From a virus (lineage: Duplodnaviria; Caudoviricetes), in the IMG/VR virus record IMGVR_UViG_3300045580_000309, positions 1 through 57,982 of that record: DNA of 57,982 nucleotides; one strand, written 5' to 3'. The translations under genes were made by a program, and so were the position numbers. Shown here one piece after another: positions 7,948 through 20,200 of the stretch. The notes beneath the pieces are model-generated. The model saw only the letters and a list, made by a program, of their open reading frames with translations. It was not told the origin of the DNA and did not search any database. How positions within the stretch are numbered: position 1 is the stretch's first letter; each line of letters opens with the position of its first letter.

Positions 7948-9831
7948 TTAGTTCTGAATTCTTCCGACGCCACCTGCAACCTCTGAGAAGTCAACACCTG
8001 TGCGTGTTGCTACGAAGTTGAGGGTCATAAAGTTAATCGAGCGTGCAGGCTTGATGAAGATGTCTGCAACGAAGCGATTGCTGTCGATGACCTCGGGGGT
8101 GTTGTTGGAAATATCGCAGATAACCTTGAAGTCAAAGATACCTCTGCGTCCCTGAACATCACGGAGGAACGGTTCAACCAGAGACACAAACGAAGCGCGT
8201 GTGAACTCGTCATTGAACTCGAACAACTGGAACTTGGAAGCAGTTGCGATTGCCTTCTCAAGCACGATGAACAGACGGCGCACATTGATGCGGTCGAATG
8301 CACTTGGCTTGGCGAGAGCAGTCTTGTCTCCGAAGAGTACGACGCCTTGGCCGGGGAAGGACACAATTGGGTTGATTCCTGCTTGATACAGTTCGTCACG
8401 CTGTGTCTTGTTGGGATTGAATGCCAACTTGACTACGCGATTGATCTGTCCACGGTTCAATCCTGCTGGCGAGTACCACGGATCGCGGTCAGAGTCAGTT
8501 CTTGCACACAGTCCTGCAATGTCACCGTTCAGAGGAATCCAACGGTAAACATCGTTGTACGGATCGTATTGCTTCTTCCAACCGCTATCCAGTACTGCGT
8601 ATGATGTTGACTTGTTGAAGCCATTGTTTCCGTTGATTGCTCCAACCGTGCAAACAGTCTTGTTTCTCCAATCAAGAAGAGCAGCGAGAATGTCTGCACC
8701 TGTTCCTGCGTCCATGATTCCACCGTAAGGAGGAGACACAAACACAACACAGTCCTTTCTCTTTTCTGCAATGTCTTCGATCAGATATTTGGCGAGATCG
8801 GTATGAACTGCTGGTTCTGCATCGTCGTTTGCCGCTCCGATTGGAGCGCCAAGAATGACTAGAGAGATATCAATTTGCTCGGCGTCAAGGAACAGTCCGT
8901 ATCCACGAGTACCGTCTGCATTGTAGAAATCTCCCAACTCTGGCGTTTCATCGCTTCCACCTGTGAGTCTGAACGCTCCACCTGTGGTGCCAACGCTAGT
9001 TTGTGTTATTGTTGTAGCGGTTGTTACAGTATCCAACGCAGTACCGTCTGGTGCCTCAAACAGATTTCCAAGATAGATGAACTCTGAACTTGTGTTGACA
9101 GCGGAAAGCAAGTTGTTGCTTGAACCGTCTGGCTTCTTTGCGCCAGGATATACCGAGTATCCCTCGTACACTTCCAGTATGCTGTTGGGAATACCAGAGA
9201 TTTCACCTGTGCGGTCAATCACGACGAGGTTGATTTCGTCATTGAACTTTGTCAGGTTTTCAAATGCCCATTGAGAACCACCTGTGACTTGTGTTTCTCC
9301 TAGACCTTCTGCTGCGTTTGGTGCGCGATTGAAGATATCCTTGAAGCGCAGGCCTGTATCTGTGTAGATTTGTGTTCCTGTGGTGGTGTGATCGTCCACA
9401 TCGTTGTACCAGTACACACCAATGGCGTTTCCAAGAGGTCCTGGGTAACGAGCAGCAACAGCAACAGAACCTTGAACTGTTCCAATATTGTCGTCCCATT
9501 GCTTTGTGTTCTTGATCTGTTCGCCTGTAACCGCAGTACCTGTTTCGTCTACTGCTGCGTTCCACGAATCAGTTGCGACAACACGAACACACTTCAGATT
9601 TCTGCCGTACGACAGGAAGTTTGCAGCAGCAAACCAACCTTCTGCGTTATTGTCGTTCGGCTTTCCGAAAATGGTCTTGAGTTCGTTTTCGCTGCTGATG
9701 GTTACTGGTTCATCGGCAGGACCCCACGCAAATCTTCCTGCATACGCGCCGGCAGATGCGGCAACAGCAGGAATGATGTTTGTAAAGTCAAACTCCTTGA
9801 TTTCTACGCCTGGACTGAGTTGGAATCCCAT
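7948..9831 (-). CDS. gp18: Tail sheath protein, gp18-like
   Basis: LSPGVEIKE, FAWGP, RKDCVVFVSP, WYSPAGLNRG, FGDKT...PSAFDRINVRRLF, FEFNDEFTR, IKPARSINF. Confidence 0.98.
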   Translation of the reverse strand: MGFQLSPGVEIKEFDFTNIIPAVAASAGAYAGRFAWGPADEPVTISSENELKTIFGKPNDNNAEGWFAAANFLSYGRNLKCVRVVATDSWNAAVDETGTAVTGEQIKNTKQWDDNIGTVQGSVAVAARYPGPLGNAIGVYWYNDVDDHTTTGTQIYTDTGLRFKDIFNRAPNAAEGLGETQVTGGSQWAFENLTKFNDEINLVVIDRTGEISGIPNSILEVYEGYSVYPGAKKPDGSSNNLLSAVNTSSEFIYLGNLFEAPDGTALDTVTTATTITQTSVGTTGGAFRLTGGSDETPELGDFYNADGTRGYGLFLDAEQIDISLVILGAPIGAANDDAEPAVHTDLAKYLIEDIAEKRKDCVVFVSPPYGGIMDAGTGADILAALLDWRNKTVCTVGAINGNNGFNKSTSYAVLDSGWKKQYDPYNDVYRWIPLNGDIAGLCARTDSDRDPWYSPAGLNRGQINRVVKLAFNPNKTQRDELYQAGINPIVSFPGQGVVLFGDKTALAKPSAFDRINVRRLFIVLEKAIATASKFQLFEFNDEFTRASFVSLVEPFLRDVQGRRGIFDFKVICDISNNTPEVIDSNRFVADIFIKPARSINFMTLNFVATRTGVDFSEVAGGVGRIQN

Positions 9832-9902
9832 GTTTATCTCCTTTAAGGAACTAGTGCCTTGCTTGTTCGTAAGAACTGCGGTCAGTTGATTGCGTTCGAC
9901 AG

Positions 9903-9910
9903 TATTTATG
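9903..9910 (-). promoter_or_regulatory. Late promoter-like motif CATAAATA upstream of gp18
   Basis: Located in the gp17-gp18 intergenic gap; followed by AAGGAG before the gp18 ATG. Confidence 0.72.
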
Positions 9911-9941
9911 CCTGCTCTGTTTTACAGATAGGCATTCACAA

Positions 9942-12034
<2,093 letters not shown>

Positions 12035-12042
12035 CTCTCACC

Positions 12043-12870
12043 TCATTCTGCTTGCCATGTAGGATCAATGTCCTCGAACAGTTCAACATCTGTCCAAACA
12101 TCGTATGAGGACCCAGTAACGGATAGTGGTGCATTTGGTCCTGTAGTTCCTTCCTCAACCGCTCTGTCCCATACTCTCAAGAAATCTCTTGTCTCTGCTC
12201 TTGACTTTCCTGCATCTACAAACTCGTGATATCCAGTTTGAGTTTCAAGAACAATCTTAGCGTCTTTGATTGGTCCTATGATATAGCCTTTCACTTCAAA
12301 TGTAAGCGTGTACATCATGGTGCGAAGACTGTCAAGAGAACCTTCGTATTCGTCTTCCCATGAAACCGAACTCAAGGTAACAGGCAAGTCAATCTTCTTG
12401 TCTATGTCTGTGAAGTTTATGCTTACGGTATACGATGGAGTAAAGTATGGGAGTATTTGCTCTACGATTCGCAAGCCGTTGTCCATAGTATCTGGCATGA
12501 TATACAACTCGAAAGTAAAGTTGTACGGCACCTCTGCGAATCTGAAGTCAACCTTTTTGGTTACACTATCTGCGTTGGCCGAACCAACCTTTTTGGTCAT
12601 GGTGATTCGTTTTCTAGTGTTGTCGTATTGCCAGTTTGTCAGAGCAAACCCAAGTCTAGGTAGTGTCAGTTGAACTGCACTGCCTGTTTCCATTCTACTT
12701 TCTGCTATTCTTCGTAACCATTTCTGCTTAGGAGAGTATGTGAGAGGCAGTCTAGTAGGATCGGCATTCACATCGGGACTACCGATATAGATGTTGTTAA
12801 ACAGAGAACCGAAAGCAACAACTGTCTTTCGTACACATTGATGATAGAATGGATTATCTCCGCTAAACAT
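12043..12870 (-). CDS. gp15: Tail sheath stabiliser / tail terminator, gp15-like
   Basis: FYH..VRKTVVAFGSLFNNI, LPL.YSPKQKW, LPRLGF, VPYNF.FELYI, IVEQILPYFTP. Confidence 0.95.
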   Translation of the reverse strand: MFSGDNPFYHQCVRKTVVAFGSLFNNIYIGSPDVNADPTRLPLTYSPKQKWLRRIAESRMETGSAVQLTLPRLGFALTNWQYDNTRKRITMTKKVGSANADSVTKKVDFRFAEVPYNFTFELYIMPDTMDNGLRIVEQILPYFTPSYTVSINFTDIDKKIDLPVTLSSVSWEDEYEGSLDSLRTMMYTLTFEVKGYIIGPIKDAKIVLETQTGYHEFVDAGKSRAETRDFLRVWDRAVEEGTTGPNAPLSVTGSSYDVWTDVELFEDIDPTWQAE

Positions 12871-12873
12871 GGA

Positions 12874-13773
12874 TTACTCGCTGAATGGATTGTTCTCTGT
12901 AAAGTCAACAATACGATCAAGTTCAATATCGAAGTCTGGATTCTGAGTCACCGTAGAGTCTGTAGGACCAACAGAAACTCCAGTTGTGGTCTGTGATGAG
13001 TATGCCCAAGACGCTCCCGAGTCTGCACCAACTATAGGAGTTGGACTTGCTGTAAATACGCCAATCACCTTTTCCAATCGCAGTACTGCAAGAGTTAGAC
13101 CTGATGGTGGTGTCCACTTTAGCACTCTTGCGGTAGCAGAACCCTGCGTCACCTTCTCTCCGATGGCATAGGTTCCTGATCCAGTTACAAGAGTGACATC
13201 CAAGGCAAATTCGGTGTATCCTTGTTCCACTCCTGCACCTGCTGTGTCGATTTCGGTGTTGTCTGTCTCGAAAGAATCGCCAGCGTTTACTGCAAGTTCG
13301 CAAGTCAGAGTGTAGATGTAGTTTTTGCCAAACTGATAGAAGGGGTTTTCGTGTTCGACAAACTTGATTTCAAACAGACCCTTAGACATCGGGAAGTAGA
13401 TCAAATCTCCTTCGCGTGGTCTTTCTGCATTGTTGGCCGGTGGTTCTCCGCCAGTGATACCGCTAAACTCTTGTTTCCATCTGGTTTTGCTTACCACGAC
13501 TTTCATGCTGTCGCGCACTTCTAGTCCAAACTTAGAGATGAAATCTCCGTCACCTTCAAAACCATCTACCGATTGAATGTACATCTCTATTGGTTTACCA
13601 ATCTTATAGACCGATGGTAAACTGTCTTCTCCGAATACCAAATCAATTTCGGGCGACTCTCTGAACAGATACACCAACTCGTGACCGTGCATCTTGATGG
13701 TTTCCACCACCAAGTCATCTACGAGATTCTGCTCGCTCCGTTCGTATTTGGTGAAGTACGGATTTAGTGCCAT
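12874..13773 (-). CDS. gp14: Neck / head-completion protein, gp14-like
   Basis: MALNPYF, EQNLVDDLVVETIK..G, FEGDGDFISKFGLEVRD, RPREGDLIYFP, FEIKFVEHE.PFYQ.GK, DFTENNPF. Confidence 0.95.
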   Translation of the reverse strand: MALNPYFTKYERSEQNLVDDLVVETIKMHGHELVYLFRESPEIDLVFGEDSLPSVYKIGKPIEMYIQSVDGFEGDGDFISKFGLEVRDSMKVVVSKTRWKQEFSGITGGEPPANNAERPREGDLIYFPMSKGLFEIKFVEHENPFYQFGKNYIYTLTCELAVNAGDSFETDNTEIDTAGAGVEQGYTEFALDVTLVTGSGTYAIGEKVTQGSATARVLKWTPPSGLTLAVLRLEKVIGVFTASPTPIVGADSGASWAYSSQTTTGVSVGPTDSTVTQNPDFDIELDRIVDFTENNPFSE

Positions 13774-14526
13774 TTATCCCACCAAGAAGTCAGGAGGAAG
13801 TTCAAACGAAGCACGCATTTCTGTTTCTAGTTTTTCAGATTCTGCTTTTGCTTCCTCGTAAATTGCTTTACCGTCAAATGTAACACCACCAGGCAATTGA
13901 ATTCCGCTGTACTTGGACAGATTCTGTCCCCATTGCATTTTGACGAGTGCAGTTGCGTACTTCTTTAAGAAGTGATTGTCGTAGATATCAGGATAGTCTG
14001 CGGGATTTACTTGCGACCAAACCTCGAATATTATGTTGGTGCCTACTGGAAAGTCAACATCCCACTCTGCGTCAATAAACAACTGGTTGGTGATTCTGTT
14101 CCAACGCAGTTGTTTTTCTGGCTCTAGTAGAAGTTGTATCAGAGCAAGTCTTTGCTGAACTATGGTCCAGTCGGTTAAATCCATACCAATCAAACCACCC
14201 GCGTCTTGTAGTGTGATTTGGAATCGCGTACCAAACACATTGTCTGTGCTTGTGCCAGATTCTCCACCAACAGGGTACATATTCACAATGGACAGAATGT
14301 TTGGATTGGAGATATTGATGTATCCCTGATCCATGTCAGTCTGTGTAATGGTGTACGGAAGGTATATCTTCTCTACCCCGTCAAAGTGATACTCTCCCAA
14401 AAACTGAATAGCGTCGTCAATACGATCTTCTACCTGAGCGTCGTCTACATTTATCTCTATGACGGGCGCACCCAGTTTGCGGTAGATGTAGTCTTTGAGT
14501 TTCTTCCGAGAATTGACTGTTGGCAT
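13774..14526 (-). CDS. gp13: Neck protein, gp13-like
   Basis: LGAPVIEINVDD.QVEDRIDDA, YHFDG, LKKYATALVK.QWGQNLSKY.GIQLPGGVT.DG. Confidence 0.96.
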   Translation of the reverse strand: MPTVNSRKKLKDYIYRKLGAPVIEINVDDAQVEDRIDDAIQFLGEYHFDGVEKIYLPYTITQTDMDQGYINISNPNILSIVNMYPVGGESGTSTDNVFGTRFQITLQDAGGLIGMDLTDWTIVQQRLALIQLLLEPEKQLRWNRITNQLFIDAEWDVDFPVGTNIIFEVWSQVNPADYPDIYDNHFLKKYATALVKMQWGQNLSKYSGIQLPGGVTFDGKAIYEEAKAESEKLETEMRASFELPPDFLVG

Positions 14527-14574
14527 GGCATATCTCCCTGAGTATGTATAGTTCGATTGTCATGCCAAATGGCA

Positions 14575-14910
14575 TTACTTAGAGAACATGAACCGCACAG
14601 ACGCCATCTCTCTCAGAGTGAATGCAAGACCTGCCTGATCTGCTTCCTCAGAAGTGATCGGAGCAAAGTTCAATTCTGCGGCAGTCTCGTTCAAATACTG
14701 AAGAAAGGCCTTGTTTAGTTCTTCCGCTGACTTGTCGGTTTGTCCGCTGAGTGTGTCGCGGAACCTATCAATAGCGACAAGGTGCGGATTTAGTTGCTCT
14801 ACGATATCTACCAATTTGATTGCCAATTTTGCTGAAAATGGTTTCTGCGATAGTGCATCTAGTGCGGGCGCGGCCTGGAACATCTGTGCATAGTTTACTT
14901 TCATGGTCAT
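14575..14910 (-). CDS. Small helical hypothetical protein, possibly a DUF1617-like fibre chaperone
   Basis: ALDALSQKPFSAKLAIKL...L...L pattern; last gene of the fibre block. Confidence 0.45.
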   Translation of the reverse strand: MTMKVNYAQMFQAAPALDALSQKPFSAKLAIKLVDIVEQLNPHLVAIDRFRDTLSGQTDKSAEELNKAFLQYLNETAAELNFAPITSEEADQAGLAFTLREMASVRFMFSK

Positions 14911-14919
14911 CCTTTCAGT

Positions 14920-15390
14920 TCACGATTTGGGATACTTACGCTTGGTATTTAGTCTGCGAGATTGAATGTCCTGTACTGCGTTGGTGTCTTTGCCTTCTAT
15001 AAGCATTTCCCATAACGCAACCACCAGTTCGTCTATTTTTGGATACTCTTGTTTTCGCTTATCCGCATAAGACTTGGTTACAGACTCCAGTATCGAATCT
15101 ATCTCTTTGCTTTCCTCTGCTATGCTTTTGGCTATTTCTTGTATGCCTTGCAGATTCTGTATGTACCTGTCTAGTTGAGGACACGGATGCTCTGCACGGA
15201 GATTTCGTATACCGTTGTGCTGAAAGTGGTATCCGCTGCCAGTTTTAGAATCTACTGTATAGCGAACAGAGCGTATTCCTGTTGGCAGGGTATACGATGG
15301 ATCGTAGGCAAGCAATGCTGCCAGCGGTATTTCGGTATCGTTGATTACAATTACACCGTCAATGCGGTGAACAAATGACTTGTGTTGCAT
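14920..15390 (-). CDS. Putative tail-fibre assembly / chaperone-like protein
   Basis: C-terminal YADKRKQEYPKIDELVVALW...KRKYPK motif, commonly found in small genes next to fibre genes; TAATG overlap with the upstream gene. Confidence 0.6.
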   Translation of the reverse strand: MQHKSFVHRIDGVIVINDTEIPLAALLAYDPSYTLPTGIRSVRYTVDSKTGSGYHFQHNGIRNLRAEHPCPQLDRYIQNLQGIQEIAKSIAEESKEIDSILESVTKSYADKRKQEYPKIDELVVALWEMLIEGKDTNAVQDIQSRRLNTKRKYPKS

Positions 15391-17261
15391 TAGTCAGAAT
15401 CGTTCCAACGAGAAGTTATTCCACCTAGAGCGTGGTTTCTGATAGAAGTACCCTTCTTTACAATCTTCAGTTGTCCCGCAGCATTGCAGTATACTGTTCC
15501 TTTTGGAAGAGTATATGATGCAGTAATAGACCATGTTCCAGTACCTGTAGAGAAAGTCCATCTTCGCATGGTTACTCCACCTACACCGCCAGCAACATCC
15601 GCTGCTTCTGTGCTTGGTCCTCCTAGTGGGTCGGGAACAGCACTAGTTGTAGTATTCTCGAAGCATTGGTATACATGAGTGCCGTCGGCAGCAGCACCGC
15701 TTGGCATAGAATCTGTATCCGCTTCCATGCCTGGAATGAACGGCATAGACAAGAATCCGCGAATGAAGGTATCACCCGACGCTGCTCTAATGGTAAACAC
15801 AGGAGCGTTTGCAAACACCTGATTCTTGTAGTTGTCTGTTCCGATACTTCCAGTATCGAATCCAAATGCTGTGTTTCTTCCGCTCAGTCCGCGAGATATG
15901 TCGTCTAGACTTCCTGTAACTCCACCGTAGAAAGCAGAATCAATCTCTCCATTTTCTACAAACACCGCAAACTCGTCGTTGTTTGTGTCTCCTGTCTTAA
16001 CTTTGATTCCACCTGAATCGGGATGCTTGCTTAGGAATGCTGCTACAAATGAGCCTGGATTTGCTGCACCGTGATTGCCGCTATTCATGTTTGCAACTGC
16101 GGGCAAGAATCCAAATCTACCGTTGAATGAAGGATTATCAATGTCTAATCCATTGATTGTATCGCGGTATTTGTAAGAGTTGGTGTCTCCGTCTGTACCA
16201 GTAAGAACCGTGTGTTCTCCTGCCTTCGGAACTGGTCCAAACAAGCGAGCAAATCGTAGACCAACTGGACTTGTATTGCTGAAATAGCCATCACCTTCCA
16301 AGTAATCAACACCAACTGGTTCTCCGTCTTCAACTAGGAGTCCAGACGGCAGAAGTCGATTTCCAGTACCAACACCCATCTTCACCGTAGGCCAAGATTG
16401 ATTGGAGCCTGATCCTAAAGTCCATCCAGTTCCGCTCCACACCATTTGATCGCCGTGAGCGCGAACAAGAGTAAGTAGTGGTTGATCTCCAGTTAGACCT
16501 CCTGTTACCGAGTCTACACCTTCTACTACTTGGAAGGCTTCAATTTCTCCACCAGTACTGTTGGAGTCCACTCTGATTTTCATTCCAGTTGGACTACTGA
16601 TTTCTGTGGTTGTTGCTAGACTGATGGTGTTATCCGAGATGGTGATACCATTGCCTGCTGTTATGCAGTCTTCCAGTTGCACCATATACGATGCGCGAGA
16701 AACCGTATCTACTGCCAAGAATCTTCCGCTGCTACCCTTCAGTCTTCCAAGAACAGTAGTATCTGTTGGAGCGTCAGCACTTACTGGAGTAAAGAACAGA
16801 AGATTATCTGTAGTTTCTCCTCTTGGAGTGCCAGATGGAACTTTATAGAATGCAAGTCTACCAAGTACCGATCCTGCATCTCCGCCAGCATTACCCCATA
16901 CTTTCAAGTCTCCAACCACTTCAAGATTTCTGCTTGGTATTGATGAGGTTCCAAGATTAATACCGAGTCGAATATCGTTTGCTTTAAACTGACCCGAAGT
17001 ATCTGTTGCCGCAGCAAGAACCATTCCTAGTTGCGCTGCACTTTCCCATACAGTTGTTTCAGTCTGATCCTTTAGAGAAACGCTAAACTCCAGTTTGCCT
17101 TGCTTGGTAAAGGCAAACATATCCGTTACTAGTGGTTTGAAATTGACAAATGCACCACCGCTACCTGATTGTGCGTCGAAGCGCAGCAACTCTCCGCTAA
17201 CGGCATCTGCCGCGCTGATTATACTGCCTGGGATAGGAATACGAATTGCGCTATTTGCCAT
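15390..17261 (-). CDS. Fibre/adhesin-like virion protein (623 aa)
   Basis: Gly/Thr/Ser-rich; LGINLGTSSIPSRNLEVVGDLKV and ITAGNGITISDNTIS fibre-type motifs; N-terminus MANSA resembles those of the neighbouring collar proteins. Confidence 0.55.
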   Translation of the reverse strand: MANSAIRIPIPGSIISAADAVSGELLRFDAQSGSGGAFVNFKPLVTDMFAFTKQGKLEFSVSLKDQTETTVWESAAQLGMVLAAATDTSGQFKANDIRLGINLGTSSIPSRNLEVVGDLKVWGNAGGDAGSVLGRLAFYKVPSGTPRGETTDNLLFFTPVSADAPTDTTVLGRLKGSSGRFLAVDTVSRASYMVQLEDCITAGNGITISDNTISLATTTEISSPTGMKIRVDSNSTGGEIEAFQVVEGVDSVTGGLTGDQPLLTLVRAHGDQMVWSGTGWTLGSGSNQSWPTVKMGVGTGNRLLPSGLLVEDGEPVGVDYLEGDGYFSNTSPVGLRFARLFGPVPKAGEHTVLTGTDGDTNSYKYRDTINGLDIDNPSFNGRFGFLPAVANMNSGNHGAANPGSFVAAFLSKHPDSGGIKVKTGDTNNDEFAVFVENGEIDSAFYGGVTGSLDDISRGLSGRNTAFGFDTGSIGTDNYKNQVFANAPVFTIRAASGDTFIRGFLSMPFIPGMEADTDSMPSGAAADGTHVYQCFENTTTSAVPDPLGGPSTEAADVAGGVGGVTMRRWTFSTGTGTWSITASYTLPKGTVYCNAAGQLKIVKKGTSIRNHALGGITSRWNDSD

Positions 17262-17287
17262 CTTTGCTCCTTACCTTATGTATGCCT

Positions 17288-20200
17288 TTACATGGAACCC
17301 ACATCAGGAATCCAATTTAGCGGATCTAGTCTGATCTGCTCCAGTATTGCATCGAATGCAACCTGACCACCGAATGCAGTAACTTCGTTCCACTCTGCTG
17401 CGTATGTGCGCGTTTCTGCGTACTGCTTTGCTGCCTTTGCGTAGTGCAGAGCAAACTTAGACCAAGCAACCTTCAGGAATCTGTGAAGACTTGGAGAATA
17501 CCAACCAACACCTGCAAGTCTTCCAGTTGGACTAGACACTCCTCCTGCTGCGGGGTCTGCACCGTCCAAGAGATACGCCTTGATAAACATTCTGTGTCCG
17601 TTGCGAGCGTTATAGATTTGCTGTCTAGAAGCAACCAGCCACTTCTGACCTGTATTGGGATTGGTAGTGAATGAGTTTAGCCATCCAGTAATGGAAGCGT
17701 TGCTCATACCAAGTCTGTCTATTTCTGCCTTAACTTCGGTTGGATGGTTGTCTATCACATTCCACCATCTTGCTATGCGAGAACCTACTGGTACATCTGT
17801 GTCGTTTCTCTTTAGGCGAATTAGTACACCGTTTGCGTCTGTGTTTGTGCCTGTGATTTCAACTGGGAAGTGGTCAATATTCCATTGTGTCAGGTCTGGA
17901 TTAATGTCTGTTGTAGAGTTCCACCATGCGTTTCCACCACCGCTTGGTCCGGGCCATGCAGGACTGATGGTTTCCGATACCTGTGCAGTTGCCAACTTGG
18001 TGCTGTAGGTGGGCGACCACCAGAAAACAACACCATCTCCGTTGTTCTGTAGTACTGGATCAAGTTGAGTGCGGCAGAAGTCTTCAATACCCATGTATAC
18101 ATCCCAACATCTCCAATCGCCTTCGTAGCAAGAGCCAGGTGTGGTTCCAGTTACACCGCTTGGAGAAGTTGATTCTGTAGTGGTTCCACGGCAAGACGGA
18201 TTACACATGGTCGTGTAGTGCCAGCCAGTATATTCAGAACCCCATGAGATGATATGCCCTGCTCCGTAGAACATAGGTCCAACTGCGGGATACGAAGGAA
18301 CAGGATACAGTTTACTGAGTTTAACCTTGTCGTAGTTGTTTCTTTCCCATGCTGTCTGAATGGTACTTGCGCCGTTCCATGGCGTACCACCGCGTCCACC
18401 CCGTGACATGAATGGCGAGTAGTACGGTGCAGATGGATTTCCGTTGTTAACATTGCCAGGAACACCAGTTCCAAGTACTGTGCTGCTGTACAGATTGTAC
18501 AGACTTGGTTGCGTGTAATCTGCTTGACCTGTTGCAGTTCCAAATAGAGGCAACCAACGATTGTAGTAGTAGGTGATTAGTTGATCTCTTTGTGCATCCG
18601 TGAGGTTTTCGTATCCGAGTGAAATTGGATTGTTGTTTGCATCGCGGATCAGAGGTCTGCTCCAGTTATCAATATACGGCAGTCCGTACCATCCCACAGG
18701 GGTTCCTGAGAATCCATAATCACTTACTGGTGCGGTCTGGCAGAAGCGCACAAGTTGTTGTGAGTTTTCTACCACAGAGTTGTATGTAACTTCTATGGTT
18801 TGTCCTGTAGGACCAGTCAATCTGGCGTAGATATAGTTCACAGACTCAGAAAGCATTGGGTCTTGACGAAGAGCGCCAGGGCACGGACCAGCAATCTGCG
18901 GAGGACCAGAACATCCTCTGTACTCCCAATCGTAGAAGTTCGCCCACCCGTAGTTGAAGTAATTTGGAGCAAGTGCTTCAAAAGTCTTGGTTTCAAAGTC
19001 TAGATTTGTCAGGCTAAAGTCGGATACAGTTCTTGCGTCCTGCAAGTTGCTGCTTCCGTCTGGCATTCCCCATCCCCATCTTCCACGGAACGACTTGTTT
19101 GCGTTTGCTCCGCTATACGCTGCACCAGGCGCCCACACTCGTCCAGTTCCATCAGATGCCAACGGGCAGTTTGGATCGTTGTCAACCGCAGAACCGTTGG
19201 TATCAAACCTAGGACCAGTTACGAGCATATAGTATCTGCTCTTGTCGTCAGATACATTCGGCCATGTCTCTACCGAGTTTTCGTAGAAGTAGTGACACAA
19301 ACCACCCCATGTGTCGCCCAGTTCGGTTGCGAACTCGCTGTCAACCTCACTCGACGGTATCTCTGAGAAGAATACCTTGAACGATGTTGGGAACGCTCCG
19401 TTCTCAACAAACGAACGCTGCGGGAAATATCCTGGCACACAAGACGGTGCATCGGCATTCGCCTTGCAGGATTCTGCCAGAGTACACGCAGTTTCTGAGT
19501 CACAGACTACGGTGGTTCTACCAACTTCGCCCTGTTCGTCTAGTTGAAGATTGTTGTACAGAGGCAGTTCAGAATCAGCAACCCAACGCAGTTTCAGTTT
19601 GTGTAGACCGATTATGCCACCAGTTGTGTTGACTTGCACGGTAAACTTACGAGTATCAGAGTATCCAACCTCGGCTGTAGCCAAATCAATTCCACCTGAA
19701 GTCTCATCGACGGTAACAAAGATGTCTGACTTGTTTCTCTTGGTTCTCTTCATCTGTACGGTCTTGAATGCAGCAGGTGCCATATCGGTTCCATCCGTTA
19801 CCACAGCAATGGTTGCTGTACCTGTCTCGTAGAATCTCTGGCACTTTTCTAGAGTCTTGTTATAGTCTTCGTACACAAATGGAGATGCTTCAGCAGACTC
19901 TTCCAGTTGAACGCTTGTCAGGCTTACCACTCCAGTATACGAGAACGCTTCCCATGCTCCCAAGCACGGAGCAAGATTTGGTGGAACTACACGCGGAGAT
20001 GCCGTCACCGTCATTGTCGGTGTTATGCTTGGTGTTATGCTTGGTGTTGGTGTTGTTGTTTTTGTTACTGAAGGAGTTACAGTTACTGAAGGAGTTGCTG
20101 ATGGAGTTGCTGTTCCAGTTGCAGTTGCTGTGGTAACTGGACTGCTTGTAGCGGTTGGCGTTGCAGTTGCTGTAGGAGTTGCAGTAGCAGTTGCAGTTGG

